Of a stretch of 64,000 nucleotides of DNA, positions 50,195 through 59,778 are shown one piece after another. The position numbers and the translations under genes were made by a program. Position 1 is the first letter of the stretch. Each line of letters opens with the position of its first letter. The notes beneath the pieces are model-generated. The model saw only the letters and a program-made list of their open reading frames with translations, was not told where the DNA came from and made no database searches. The DNA is from a virus (taxonomy: Duplodnaviria > Caudoviricetes): the IMG/VR virus record IMGVR_UViG_3300027807_000003, positions 1 to 64,000 of that record; one strand, written 5' to 3'.

Positions 50195-50609
50195 AACCAT
50201 GCTAAAAGTCAATCTTCATATCGCTGACAAAACCAATATTGTTCTTATTGTTCTTCTGCTCTACGAAGATAAAGAACAATTAGTCCAAAAAGGTTGGACC
50301 ATGTATTATCCAAGTGACTGTGATGATACTTACTGGGATGCTTTTTATGCTGCAACCATCGCCACATTAAAAGATTACCCAGAACAAGTCACAAAAGCTA
50401 ATGTAGCGATCGCGCTTCACGAACATTTCCACCTACTCTTGGGTGAGACAGACCCCGACAAAATAACTGAGAACCTGAGCTATATGCGATGGGCAACGGG
50501 TATCATCAGGAACTTAAGAAAGGTTTACTACCCTTCTAGCGATAATGAAGTAACTGGGGAGGTAGTAGTTGAAGTAATCCCTCCAGAGCCATATCAGTGG
50601 GAAGGTTAG
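50121..50609 (+). CDS. Hypothetical protein (start likely ATG 50199)
   Basis: ORF in operon. Confidence 0.6.
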   Translation: MELAGKFSGNCLITYNYHVTLTSLKTMLKVNLHIADKTNIVLIVLLLYEDKEQLVQKGWTMYYPSDCDDTYWDAFYAATIATLKDYPEQVTKANVAIALHEHFHLLLGETDPDKITENLSYMRWATGIIRNLRKVYYPSSDNEVTGEVVVEVIPPEPYQWEG

Positions 50610-50634
50610 GTAATTTAAATAGGAGGCGCTAGCC

Positions 50635-50856
50635 ATGACATCAACAGTAATAAGATATGAAATAGTAGAAGGACTACCAGAGGATCATGGCATTTACTTA
50701 TTCCTGCTTCGTGATGGTAGTATCAAGGAAGGATTCTACTCGTCATTCCCATTCCCTCACCATGACAAACCTGTTCGCTACGGGAATCTGAAAGAAGAAT
50801 TTCTTGAATATGGTGAGCCTACTGGATGGTTGAGACGCTTACCAGAACCGACATAA
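50635..50856 (+). CDS. Hypothetical protein
   Basis: AGGAGG RBS. Confidence 0.65.
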   Translation: MTSTVIRYEIVEGLPEDHGIYLFLLRDGSIKEGFYSSFPFPHHDKPVRYGNLKEEFLEYGEPTGWLRRLPEPT

Positions 50857-50952
50857 ACGCTTGGTGCGATCGCTAAATTGCCAAAATAGTATTATATTGT
50901 GGCAGAATTAGGGTAAAGTAACCTTAGTACTTAACAGAGCGATCGCACTTTA

Positions 50953-51576
50953 ATGAATCCAAGCATTCCTCAATACTGGGAATATCAACAAGATTTAGAC
51001 AGAACACCAAAAAGATTTCGTGCGTTCTCACTATTTCGTGATCTTGGTAAAGATGTGCGAACGGTAGCAAGAGCGTGGGCAGCTTATAAAGGAATTCCGT
51101 ATAGTGAATACGAGGAAAGTGTCAGGGAACACGTAGGTAGAAAGCAGGTCCCTGGATATTTTAGGGAAATGGCAATAAATGCTAAATGGATGGAAAGAGC
51201 GATCGCATACGACGCTTTTTTAGACAGAAAACAAATAGAAACTTTCACAAAAGAAGAAAATATAAAACATAAGAGAAAACTAGAGATACATCGCCAAAAA
51301 CAAGAGCACGTAGGCAGTTTGATGACGAGTCAAGCTATAGAAGTCTTGAAAGTTGCCAAAATAGCGATGGGTGAATACTATACAATAAATGACCCAGCAA
51401 ATCCAAGTGACATTACTTTAAATAGAGTTTTAGATATACGTGAAATTTATAATTTATGCCGTATTGCTAAAGAGTTAGGATTAGCAGGTAAACACCTAAC
51501 ATCTGAATCTCTTGGTATTAATCAAATTCTTTTAGAATTAGAAAAACTTGACTTCCCAAATATAGAAGAGGAGTAA
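50953..51576 (+). CDS. terS: Putative terminase small subunit
   Basis: WE.Q...P..F.AF..FRDLG..R...W.ERA.AYD; directly upstream of terL. Confidence 0.7.
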   Translation: MNPSIPQYWEYQQDLDRTPKRFRAFSLFRDLGKDVRTVARAWAAYKGIPYSEYEESVREHVGRKQVPGYFREMAINAKWMERAIAYDAFLDRKQIETFTKEENIKHKRKLEIHRQKQEHVGSLMTSQAIEVLKVAKIAMGEYYTINDPANPSDITLNRVLDIREIYNLCRIAKELGLAGKHLTSESLGINQILLELEKLDFPNIEEE

Positions 51577-51586
51577 TAATTAAGCA

Positions 51587-53998
51587 GTGAAATCAGTTGA
51601 TCGCTTAGTAATGGACAGGGCTAGAAAAGCACTCCCATTATTAAATAAAGTTAAAAGTATTAACAAGAATTCACCCCAAATAGGAAAAGCGATTAAATCT
51701 TTCGCCGACAAGCTATGGAAACCACAAGCAGGACCGCAGACTCAGGCATTTAACCATCAGGCAGATGAACTGTTATTTGGGGGAGCAGCAGGAGGCGGGA
51801 AAGCTCAACCATGCTACTCCATAGAGTGGGCGTTTGAGAATCTTAAATCATTTACGGTGGATCAATATAGTAGTGTACTGTCTCAAATACCACAAGAGAT
51901 TAGAAACAAAGACAGCAAAATACTAATGGGTGATGGACGCTGGAAATCGCTCGCTGAGATTGTAGTTGGCGATCGCATCATGAATCCCAGTGGTAGAACT
52001 CAAGAAGTATTACAGGTACATGAGAGAGGAATACTACACCTTTACCGGATTACCTTTGCAGATAAGACCACAGTGGAGTGCAGTGGTGATCATCTGTGGG
52101 GTTTTTGGAACATCAGGCCTCCTACTGTAAAAACTATTGACTGGGGTGTTAGCTACATTTATAACACAAGAGTTAAAAATACGGAGTGGTTGTTTGAACA
52201 GTTTAACCAGTGGGGGAAATTTGCTATTCCCATCAATGATGCACTTAATTATACTGATAAATCCTTAAATAGTAGATGGGAAATCGCACGAAGATTGTTT
52301 GATGCTCATGGGGAAATCACTCAAGACAATGTTTTTATTGGGACTTTTGGTGACGATTGTGACTTTGTGACTGACTTAGTGCGATCGCTGGGTTACATGG
52401 TTAGACACGAAGAAATCGACAGCGATCGCACTAAGCTTGTTGTCGAAGGTAATGATAAATGGAAGTTATTTAGCCTTCCCTGTAAAGTAGAAGCAGCGAA
52501 AGAACATGAGCCAAATATCTGGGTGGGTAAAAGAATTGAGAATATCGAGGAAATTGGCTCAACCTACTGTAGATGCATAACAGTTTCTAACCCAAATGGT
52601 CTGTACATAACCGACGGATACAACGTCACCCACAATTCAGCCCTGCTACTGATACTCGCTGGTCTATCCCATACTCAGTCAATCATTTTCCGCCGTGAAT
52701 ACTCTCGCCTAAAAGATATCATCGAGAAAAGCCGTAGGATGTTTGGCGAATTAGGGAAAAGCGCCAGGTATAACAGTACTGATAAGATTTGGCGCTTACC
52801 CAGTGGAAAGACAATTGAATTTGGAGCGATTCAGTACGACCAAGATATGGAGAACTATCGCGGTCGTGAGCATGACTTAAAGGGATGGGACGAATTAACC
52901 GAGTTTACCCAAGAAATATACGAATTCGTCAATACTTGGAACCGATCGCCCAACCAAGTCCAACGCTGTAGAATCGTCGCTACTTGTAATCCACCATCCA
53001 CAGAAGAGGGGCAGTGGATTATTGATTACTGGGGACCTTGGTTAAAGGAAGATTACGAAGGTGTACCAGCACTACCTGGGGAAATTAGATGGTTTGCCCG
53101 TATTGGTGACAAAGACGTAGAACTGGAGTCAGGCGATCGCTTTTCCCACACCGATGAAGATGGCAGAACCGAGCAAATTATTCCTCGTTCCCGCTCATTT
53201 ATCCCAGCTAGGCTAGAAGATAATGCCTACCTGATGAACACCAACTACCGGGGGGCATTGCAACGATTACCTGAGCCACTGCGATCGCAGCTACTCTATG
53301 GTAGTTTCAAGAAAATAAAGACCAAAGACCATCCGTGGCAGGTTATTCCCTCGGAATGGTACGATCAAGCGGTAGCCAGATGGACTGAAAACCCACCCGC
53401 ACCACAATCGCATTTAGGTGTAGACGTAGCCAGAGGTGGTGAATGTAATTCAGTTATTGCTAGCAGATACTACAACTGGTTAGCCCCACTAATTGTCATT
53501 CCAGGGACGGAAACCCCAGATGGTGACACACTGGCGATGGAAATATTAAAACATCGCCGCCATAATAAGGTAGAAATCAGGATTGACGTACTTGGTGTAG
53601 GTTATTCTCCCTATGATTCACTCAATCGCTTGAGAGTAAAAGAAGTAGTAGCGATCAATGGTAATGCGAGCACAGGGGAGAAAAAAGATAAATCAGGAGT
53701 ACTAGAATTCTTCAACCTGCGATCGTTTATGTATTGGCATTTTAGGGAAGCACTAGACCCTAAAAACCATTACGACATCATGTTACCGAATGATCCTCGA
53801 CTGCGAAGGGAGATATTAGCTCCGCGATGGGAGTGCACAAAAGGTAGAAGTGATTTTGGGATTATTCGGGTTGAGAGTAAAGAAGATATAATTAAGCGTA
53901 TTGGTGGTGGGAGTCCTGATAGAGCAGACGCTACGGTATATGCGTTCGCTGATTTAGAACTTGATGTTACTGATAATTATGATTGGTTGAGGGGATGA
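51587..53998 (+). CDS. terL: Terminase large subunit containing an intein
   Basis: GGAAGGGK|S Walker A, WDELTEF, TCNP, FIPARLEDN, GVDVARGG, SPDRADA. Confidence 0.93.
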   Translation: MKSVDRLVMDRARKALPLLNKVKSINKNSPQIGKAIKSFADKLWKPQAGPQTQAFNHQADELLFGGAAGGGKAQPCYSIEWAFENLKSFTVDQYSSVLSQIPQEIRNKDSKILMGDGRWKSLAEIVVGDRIMNPSGRTQEVLQVHERGILHLYRITFADKTTVECSGDHLWGFWNIRPPTVKTIDWGVSYIYNTRVKNTEWLFEQFNQWGKFAIPINDALNYTDKSLNSRWEIARRLFDAHGEITQDNVFIGTFGDDCDFVTDLVRSLGYMVRHEEIDSDRTKLVVEGNDKWKLFSLPCKVEAAKEHEPNIWVGKRIENIEEIGSTYCRCITVSNPNGLYITDGYNVTHNSALLLILAGLSHTQSIIFRREYSRLKDIIEKSRRMFGELGKSARYNSTDKIWRLPSGKTIEFGAIQYDQDMENYRGREHDLKGWDELTEFTQEIYEFVNTWNRSPNQVQRCRIVATCNPPSTEEGQWIIDYWGPWLKEDYEGVPALPGEIRWFARIGDKDVELESGDRFSHTDEDGRTEQIIPRSRSFIPARLEDNAYLMNTNYRGALQRLPEPLRSQLLYGSFKKIKTKDHPWQVIPSEWYDQAVARWTENPPAPQSHLGVDVARGGECNSVIASRYYNWLAPLIVIPGTETPDGDTLAMEILKHRRHNKVEIRIDVLGVGYSPYDSLNRLRVKEVVAINGNASTGEKKDKSGVLEFFNLRSFMYWHFREALDPKNHYDIMLPNDPRLRREILAPRWECTKGRSDFGIIRVESKEDIIKRIGGGSPDRADATVYAFADLELDVTDNYDWLRG
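51803..52636 (+). mobile_element. Class 3 intein (278 aa) in the TerL P-loop with a degenerate LAGLIDADG remnant
   Basis: Starts AQP, block B DHLW, block F CRCITV, ends VTHN/S. Confidence 0.88.
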
Positions 53999-54059
53999 CT
54001 TATGATGACTGAAGTGGAAGAACAAAATCAGCAAAGAGTAGATAAATTGTGTCAGAAAC

Positions 54060-55150
54060 TGCTATAATCCAAACGAGATGCGGACTCACATAGAAGATCA
54101 AAAGCGTCCTGAACAAATTGGGACGCTTTTGATTGCCACCCACTAGAGCGATCGCCTATAATCAATTCTAGTTAAGTCTATAATGTAAGTGTGTTATCAT
54201 GGATACTCAACACTAATCTGTCCCTAACTACAGGGATGCACCTAAAGATTAGTAGTTGAGTATTTTTTATTTGAAAATCGCCTACAATATTAGTACCAAC
54301 CTCCCCGTTGGTGCTATTTCCATATCTGTCGGTGTTCAACACTAATTGTCCCTAGTTACAAGGGATGCAAGGAAAGATTAGTAGTTGAACATTTTTATTT
54401 GTATGAATATTCGGTTTACCGTAATCTAGAGTTCGGTAAACCGAACAAGCATCAAGATCGCCAAACAAAAACACACCTTACTGTGGCTGGTAGATAACAG
54501 TAAGGTGTGGTGCTTAACTGTCAAAACCTATTTCCGTTATCTTAGTCGATCTTCCAAAAAAGTTGTACTCGGAGGAGCGATCGCACTATAATCAGTCCAG
54601 TGCCAAACGGTGAGGATTGGAACGAATAGCCAATGGTCCTGTAAATTCTCCTCCTTCAACATTGCCCTAGACTCTGCCAAGATCTGGGGCGATTGTTTTG
54701 ACGTGAGTTATAATCAGTCGAGATGGAGATTCAATCATGATATTATTACATCCTCACCCTCAGTTTTTGTGACTGAGGGTGTTTTGTTTTTGAGCCAAAT
54801 CGACTAAAATGCAACCAGGTTGCATATATCGATACTGTCGCTCCTAGTTGCTGATGCCTGGGAGCCTTTTTATGCGAGTGCTATAATATTCAAGTTTGGT
54901 AAGATTCATTTTTATGTCCCCTCGCTCTCAGCCATTAGGTTCTGGGGGCGATTGTTTATGATGGGCTATAATATTTCTGTTGCTGATAAAACAGCACGCA
55001 AAAAAAGATTTGGGTCTTGTTATCACCTCTGATGTCAAAATCAGGGGTGATTGTTTATTGACTTGTAGTCTGGAGGAGCGATCGCCTATCATGGTTTCAC
55101 AAATGTAATTTACCCCCGCCCATCTATATAGAATAGATGGGTATTTTTTT
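54060..55150. ncRNA. Tandem array of about 10 putative small-RNA genes (-10 box, 20-60 nt unique segment, terminator hairpin)
   Basis: -10 boxes at 54063, 54157, 54283, 54587, 54709, 54805, 54882, 54967, 55087 (+) and 54544 (-), each followed by a hairpin and a T-rich tail. Confidence 0.7.
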
Positions 55151-55197
55151 GGAAGTTTGGTTATATTTGTGGTGTCCAACCGTAAAGCACAACACTT

Positions 55198-56202
55198 ATG
55201 GCTTCCTATAACCGCTTCTACAAAATCCTGTCAATTGATGGTGGTGGTATTCGGGGGATAATCCCCGCAGCGATCCTAAAAGAGATTGAGCGACGGACCA
55301 ACAAAAGAATCTACCAGTTGTTTGACCTTATTGCTGGTACTTCTACTGGAGGAATACTGGCTTTAGGCTTAACCACACCTAGGGAATTCAATAAAAATGG
55401 AAATTATGCACTATATTCAGCGGAAGATTTACTGAATTTGTACATAAATCAAGGTGCGGACATTTTTGCTAAATCCAGAACTTTGCCATCATTTATTCCG
55501 GACCAATTAGCTAGCTTGTTCTGTCCCAAGTACCGGGATACTGGCAGAGACAATATTTTACATAGCTACTTTAAAGATGCATTTCTTGTAGATGCACTAA
55601 CTAAAATCTTCATTACCAGCTACGATACCGTTGGACGTGTCCCAGTTTTCTTTACTAATGATGTTGAACAAATAGGGGTTAGCTATAAAAAGCTATTTAA
55701 AGGAATAACAATGAGGCAGGCAGCGATCGCTACTTCTGCCGCTCCCACTTTCTTCCCACCATTTGAATTAGCTGATTTGTCTTTGGTTGATGGTGGAGTT
55801 TACGCCAATAACCCAGTCCACTTGGCTATAACTGAATCAATCATTAACAGCAAAGGTAGAGAAACCAGAACTCTAGATGATTTAATGGTTGTGAGTCTGG
55901 GGACCGGATCGCTCACCAGACCTTATCCCTACAATAAAACTAAAAACTGGGGAGCACTTCAATGGGTCGGTCCATTAATTGATGTAGCTTTCGACGCACA
56001 GTCAGAGGCGATCGCATCTCAACTGGAACAAATGTTTCCTAGCGATCGCTATTACCGTTTTCAAGCCCTATTGACTACTGCTGATGACGACATGGACAAT
56101 ACTTCACCGAGAAATATTTCAGATTTACTTGAAGTAGCCGATCAACTGATTATTTCTCAGGATAAAAATATAGATCGCCTTTGCCAGAATTTGATAAGTT
56201 AG
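55198..56202 (+). CDS. Patatin-like phospholipase
   Basis: DGGGIRG, GTSTG, SAAPTFF, DGGVYANNP, SLGTG. Confidence 0.95.
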   Translation: MASYNRFYKILSIDGGGIRGIIPAAILKEIERRTNKRIYQLFDLIAGTSTGGILALGLTTPREFNKNGNYALYSAEDLLNLYINQGADIFAKSRTLPSFIPDQLASLFCPKYRDTGRDNILHSYFKDAFLVDALTKIFITSYDTVGRVPVFFTNDVEQIGVSYKKLFKGITMRQAAIATSAAPTFFPPFELADLSLVDGGVYANNPVHLAITESIINSKGRETRTLDDLMVVSLGTGSLTRPYPYNKTKNWGALQWVGPLIDVAFDAQSEAIASQLEQMFPSDRYYRFQALLTTADDDMDNTSPRNISDLLEVADQLIISQDKNIDRLCQNLIS

Positions 56203-56310
56203 TCCTAAAGCAACAACCCCGCCTTAGCAGCAGGGTTGAGTGAGAGTAAAAATTGGGTTATTAACAAAAAGTGTGAATAAGGTCCGAATCTCTACTAGCT
56301 TAACAAATTA

Positions 56311-56709
56311 TTAAGCGGTTGTGTTATTAGTGGTTCCAGAAACGACAGAATTGTCAACAGGTACTTGTGGTACTGGAGCTACGTTAGGTTCAGGTTCGGG
56401 CGTGGGGTTGGTGGCGGTGGAAGCAACATCGGTAGCAGTAGATGCGGTGGGATCTTCTGTAGATACCGTCGTCTCTTGAGGTGGTTCTGGTGCTGCCGCG
56501 ATCGCACTAGAACTAGAGCTATCATCAGGTAGTGTAGGAGAAGTTTCTACAGTAGCTACATCTTCATTTTCACCACCTTCATCTTCATCACCACCATAAT
56601 ATTCTTCAGTGGTGGTAGTACGGCTATGGCTTTCAGTCTCTACAGTTACGACTTTTTTACGCTCTAATGCTGGAGCGTCGGGGTTACTAAAATCTGGGTT
56701 GTTAGACAT
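56311..56709 (-). CDS. Low-complexity acidic/Thr-Pro-rich protein
   Basis: 132-aa ORF. Confidence 0.65.
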   Translation of the reverse strand: MSNNPDFSNPDAPALERKKVVTVETESHSRTTTTEEYYGGDEDEGGENEDVATVETSPTLPDDSSSSSAIAAAPEPPQETTVSTEDPTASTATDVASTATNPTPEPEPNVAPVPQVPVDNSVVSGTTNNTTA

Positions 56710-56885
56710 GGCGATCGCCTTTTATAACTAGAGAACAAACATTTTTGGTAGTACCACCAAAAATGTAACTAATTTTTTAGCGATCGCCAAGCTATAATTT
56801 AGCTTATGCCCATTCTGTGGACATCTCAAAGGTTAGATTTCATCAATTGAAGCACCTACCTATTACTTGGTAGGTGTTTTTGCTG

Positions 56886-57119
56886 TCAACTACCATTTCT
56901 TGTTTTTCCCCGTAGCTGTTTGTTCACCAACACTTTGTTATACTCCTCAGCCATAGCTCCTAGTCCTTTTGCAAGAACTAACCTATAGAACTCCGCCCTG
57001 GTATATCCTTGGGCCTCAGCCATTTCGTGGATCTCTCCAAGGAGGGGTGTTGGGACGGAAAAGCTAATCTTGGTCATACCTCCCTTTTTTTCTTGCTCTA
57101 GCTCTTGGTCTTCAGTCAT
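56886..57119 (-). CDS. CopG/RHH-like regulator
   Basis: KISFSVP..LL.EIHEMA...GYTRAEFYR; AAGGAG RBS. Confidence 0.75.
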   Translation of the reverse strand: MTEDQELEQEKKGGMTKISFSVPTPLLGEIHEMAEAQGYTRAEFYRLVLAKGLGAMAEEYNKVLVNKQLRGKTRNGS

Positions 57120-57257
57120 TTGTTTTTCTCCTTAGCTTACGTTTACCCTACATATTCCCCACAGCCCCCACACAGAATCTATAGTGTATGCTGTAGAGTA
57201 TATCCCATCTTTTTGGGAATCTACCAGAGGGAAAGTTGAGGAAGGGCACAATAAATT

Positions 57258-57485
57258 ATGACACCACAGCAGTACGCGGAAAAATATGGATTAGCCCCAG
57301 AAAAAGTTTCTGAGGAAATAGCGATAGACCTTGGATCGTACTTTCGTTACAACTCACGGGGAAAACGTAGGCGGACACCGTCCCCGCAGATTTTAACTAT
57401 TTGTCAATTACTGGATTTTATTCGCCAGAACGGACTTGAGCCACCAACACCAACTATCCCCGACCGGCGGACGTTGACTTTATAA
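57258..57485 (+). CDS. Small Cro-like/HTH regulator, divergent from the RHH gene
   Basis: MTPQQYAEKYGL....RRRTPS pattern. Confidence 0.6.
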   Translation: MTPQQYAEKYGLAPEKVSEEIAIDLGSYFRYNSRGKRRRTPSPQILTICQLLDFIRQNGLEPPTPTIPDRRTLTL

Positions 57486-57741
57486 TTTCACGATTTTACT
57501 ATGCTTTTGAAGGGACATATGGTGAGAATTGTCCACGCAAAACCCTTGAAATACCGTTCCTTTTTGGCAGTTTACAAGGTTTTTGTCACATTTTTAGCCA
57601 AAAAAGACTGTCTCACCATATGTCCAAACCCATACACCAAGTTAGGTTCAAGGATTATGACACGGAAAATGCCTATTGTCCCCCAGGGGGTGAAAGCGAT
57701 CGCCTAAAGTAAAATTCCAGCTAGAAAAATCCGTTCTGCGA

Positions 57742-58197
57742 TTGGAATATGAACGTGTATTAGGCACGAATATCTCGGACAAAACGTGGAGACGGGTTAA
57801 GCGGGATTGGGCGATTGAAGACCAAGACGAAACTACTACCAAGCTATTTCCGTTGGTGGGGGCGATCGCTAGTCTTAGGAAACTCAATCCCAAAAAAAGA
57901 ATCAAGGGAATAGATGTGGTAGTCTACACCACAATTTCCCAGAATTTACCAAGGCTCACCTGCAATGGTGTACAGCTGTACGAAGCTTTGCAGAGATTAA
58001 ACCCACAACCGAGTGTGAAGACCCTTTACCGCTGGGGAATTAACATCGGAGTTCCTCTGAGAAAAAGCAAATCAGTTGTCTACACACCACAGCAGATACA
58101 GCAATGGGTGCAGAAGATAAGTTCACAAACGAGGTTTAAATTTAATGAACGACAAGCTAACCAAGTTAAAAACGATGCTCAAAGGGCATCAAATTGA
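57742..58197 (+). CDS. Hypothetical DNA-binding protein
   Basis: PSVKTLYRWG HTH-like segment; start uncertain. Confidence 0.6.
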   Translation: MEYERVLGTNISDKTWRRVKRDWAIEDQDETTTKLFPLVGAIASLRKLNPKKRIKGIDVVVYTTISQNLPRLTCNGVQLYEALQRLNPQPSVKTLYRWGINIGVPLRKSKSVVYTPQQIQQWVQKISSQTRFKFNERQANQVKNDAQRASN

Positions 58198-58660
58198 AAT
58201 GTCTGATGAGCAGTTGACTGCTTTCGTCAGGGGAAACGGTAAAAACCCCGAAAAGTTAACCGATGCTGTGGTTACAGCTTTGGTGAATATTGCGATCGCC
58301 CAAAAAGGCAGTATTGTTTCTTCGTCTCAGCAGTCAGAATTAGCCAGCAGTGAAGAGGGTCAAAAGGCAGCCCCGGTGGAACCCCCCAAGAGTGAATATT
58401 GCGAACCATCAAACTTCCAAGACGCGATCGCTAATATGGGTGGTCAAGTTTCTAAAGAAGTTACGGAACTGACTAACCCAATTATTAAAGGTGCAAAAGA
58501 TTATGCTCAAGGAAGAGCTATGGAGACACTGCAAGTAATAGCAGATGTCCCTAATCTTGTGGGACGGATAATTATTGAAAATGCTGCTGAGTACAAAGGC
58601 AATCCAGATGCCTTTCGCACAGCGGGTAGAGCAATTAGTAAGGGAATCTTCGGTAATTAA
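58145..58660 (+). CDS. Hypothetical protein
   Basis: 171-aa ORF in operon. Confidence 0.7.
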   Translation: MNDKLTKLKTMLKGHQIEMSDEQLTAFVRGNGKNPEKLTDAVVTALVNIAIAQKGSIVSSSQQSELASSEEGQKAAPVEPPKSEYCEPSNFQDAIANMGGQVSKEVTELTNPIIKGAKDYAQGRAMETLQVIADVPNLVGRIIIENAAEYKGNPDAFRTAGRAISKGIFGN

Positions 58661-58728
58661 TCCTCACCCTTGGATGGCAGTTGTTGCCATCTTATTTCAA
58701 CTCATTGGAATTAGTGTTTTGGTAGGTT

Positions 58729-59100
58729 ATGCAATTATCGAATCAGGAACAGGAAGTCAAACAACAACAAACACAGAGTTTTACCCCTCAGTCACCACCA
58801 GTACCTCCACCACGACAACTGGAATTTACACTCCAACCCAATGGCGGAGTAAAATTCGTCGGTACCGCCGACACCGAAAGTATTAGGGACCTACTAGACC
58901 AAGCTTACTTAATTCAAAGGCGGCATCTTGAACAGGAAAGATTGCTTTCCTCAATGAATAATTGGGTGCTAATTTTCTATGGATTTATAGTTTTCGGACT
59001 AGCGATCGCTATCCTCGCCACATTAGGAAATATATACAACCACAACAACCATGAGTCTCGCATCAATCTTCCAAGGAATGGGATCATTCGAGTCGGGTAA
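58729..59100 (+). CDS. Membrane protein
   Basis: One C-terminal TM helix. Confidence 0.6.
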   Translation: MQLSNQEQEVKQQQTQSFTPQSPPVPPPRQLEFTLQPNGGVKFVGTADTESIRDLLDQAYLIQRRHLEQERLLSSMNNWVLIFYGFIVFGLAIAILATLGNIYNHNNHESRINLPRNGIIRVG

Positions 59101-59494
59101 CGAGTTCGGTTATGGGACTGAATCAGTTACCAGAGTCAACCAAGCGGCCAAGAATACCTTACGTCAACTTGGTTCATTGCCTGCTGGTGTAAGTGTTAGT
59201 ACAGTTCTGCAACGGGCAAAAGCACATGGTGCATCAAGGGAGCAGAATTATTTGATGGGGAAATTAATTGGACACAATACGGGGATAGCCACTGCATTAG
59301 TTGAGCGATACGAGGACGCTGTTAATTATTCAAAAAAGATGATGGAGCTAGAGCAGCGAGTACATCAACTTGACGGGCAACACCAAATTAATGTTGGACG
59401 TTACAAGCTAGATCGGGCAGAGCAAAAAGCTTTAGTCAGTGGACACCAAAGACAATTACAGATCGCCGAAAACATTTTTTCTGCGAGGGACTAA
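59051..59494 (+). CDS. Hypothetical coiled-coil protein
   Basis: 147-aa ORF. Confidence 0.7.
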   Translation: MSLASIFQGMGSFESGNEFGYGTESVTRVNQAAKNTLRQLGSLPAGVSVSTVLQRAKAHGASREQNYLMGKLIGHNTGIATALVERYEDAVNYSKKMMELEQRVHQLDGQHQINVGRYKLDRAEQKALVSGHQRQLQIAENIFSARD

Positions 59495-59778
59495 TGGATA
59501 AAGACTTCTTTTTTCATTTGAGTCTGGTTGGTATCGGGTTTATCATGTTCCAGATTTTAGGATTTGGGATGGCGGGGTATGGTCTTGGTTTTGTTCTATT
59601 AGGTGCTTTAGGTGGTGTTCTTATTTGGCTTGTTGGTTACATCAATAAATGTGGCATGGCAGCCAGAAATGGTGGGTACATCGAACCTAGTCAAATCACA
59701 ATTGCCTACGCACCTTCCATTGTTTTCGGGTCACTAGCAGTTATAGCGATCGCCATTGGTGTTTATGTTTGGCAATAA
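59494..59778 (+). CDS. Small multi-TM membrane protein
   Basis: Three hydrophobic helices; TAATG coupling. Confidence 0.7.
   Translation: MDKDFFFHLSLVGIGFIMFQILGFGMAGYGLGFVLLGALGGVLIWLVGYINKCGMAARNGGYIEPSQITIAYAPSIVFGSLAVIAIAIGVYVWQ

Noticed and set aside
54060-55150. CRISPR mini-array or tRNA cluster
   Set aside because: No identical direct repeats with regular spacers, and no cloverleaf or TTC loop; units have their own -10 boxes and differing hairpins
54610-55179. ORFs 54610-54807, 54820-55032 and 54928-55179
   Set aside because: Non-ATG starts, no RBS, and they cross several terminators
55198-56202. CBASS operon
   Set aside because: No CD-NTase or Cap2/Cap3 genes recognised
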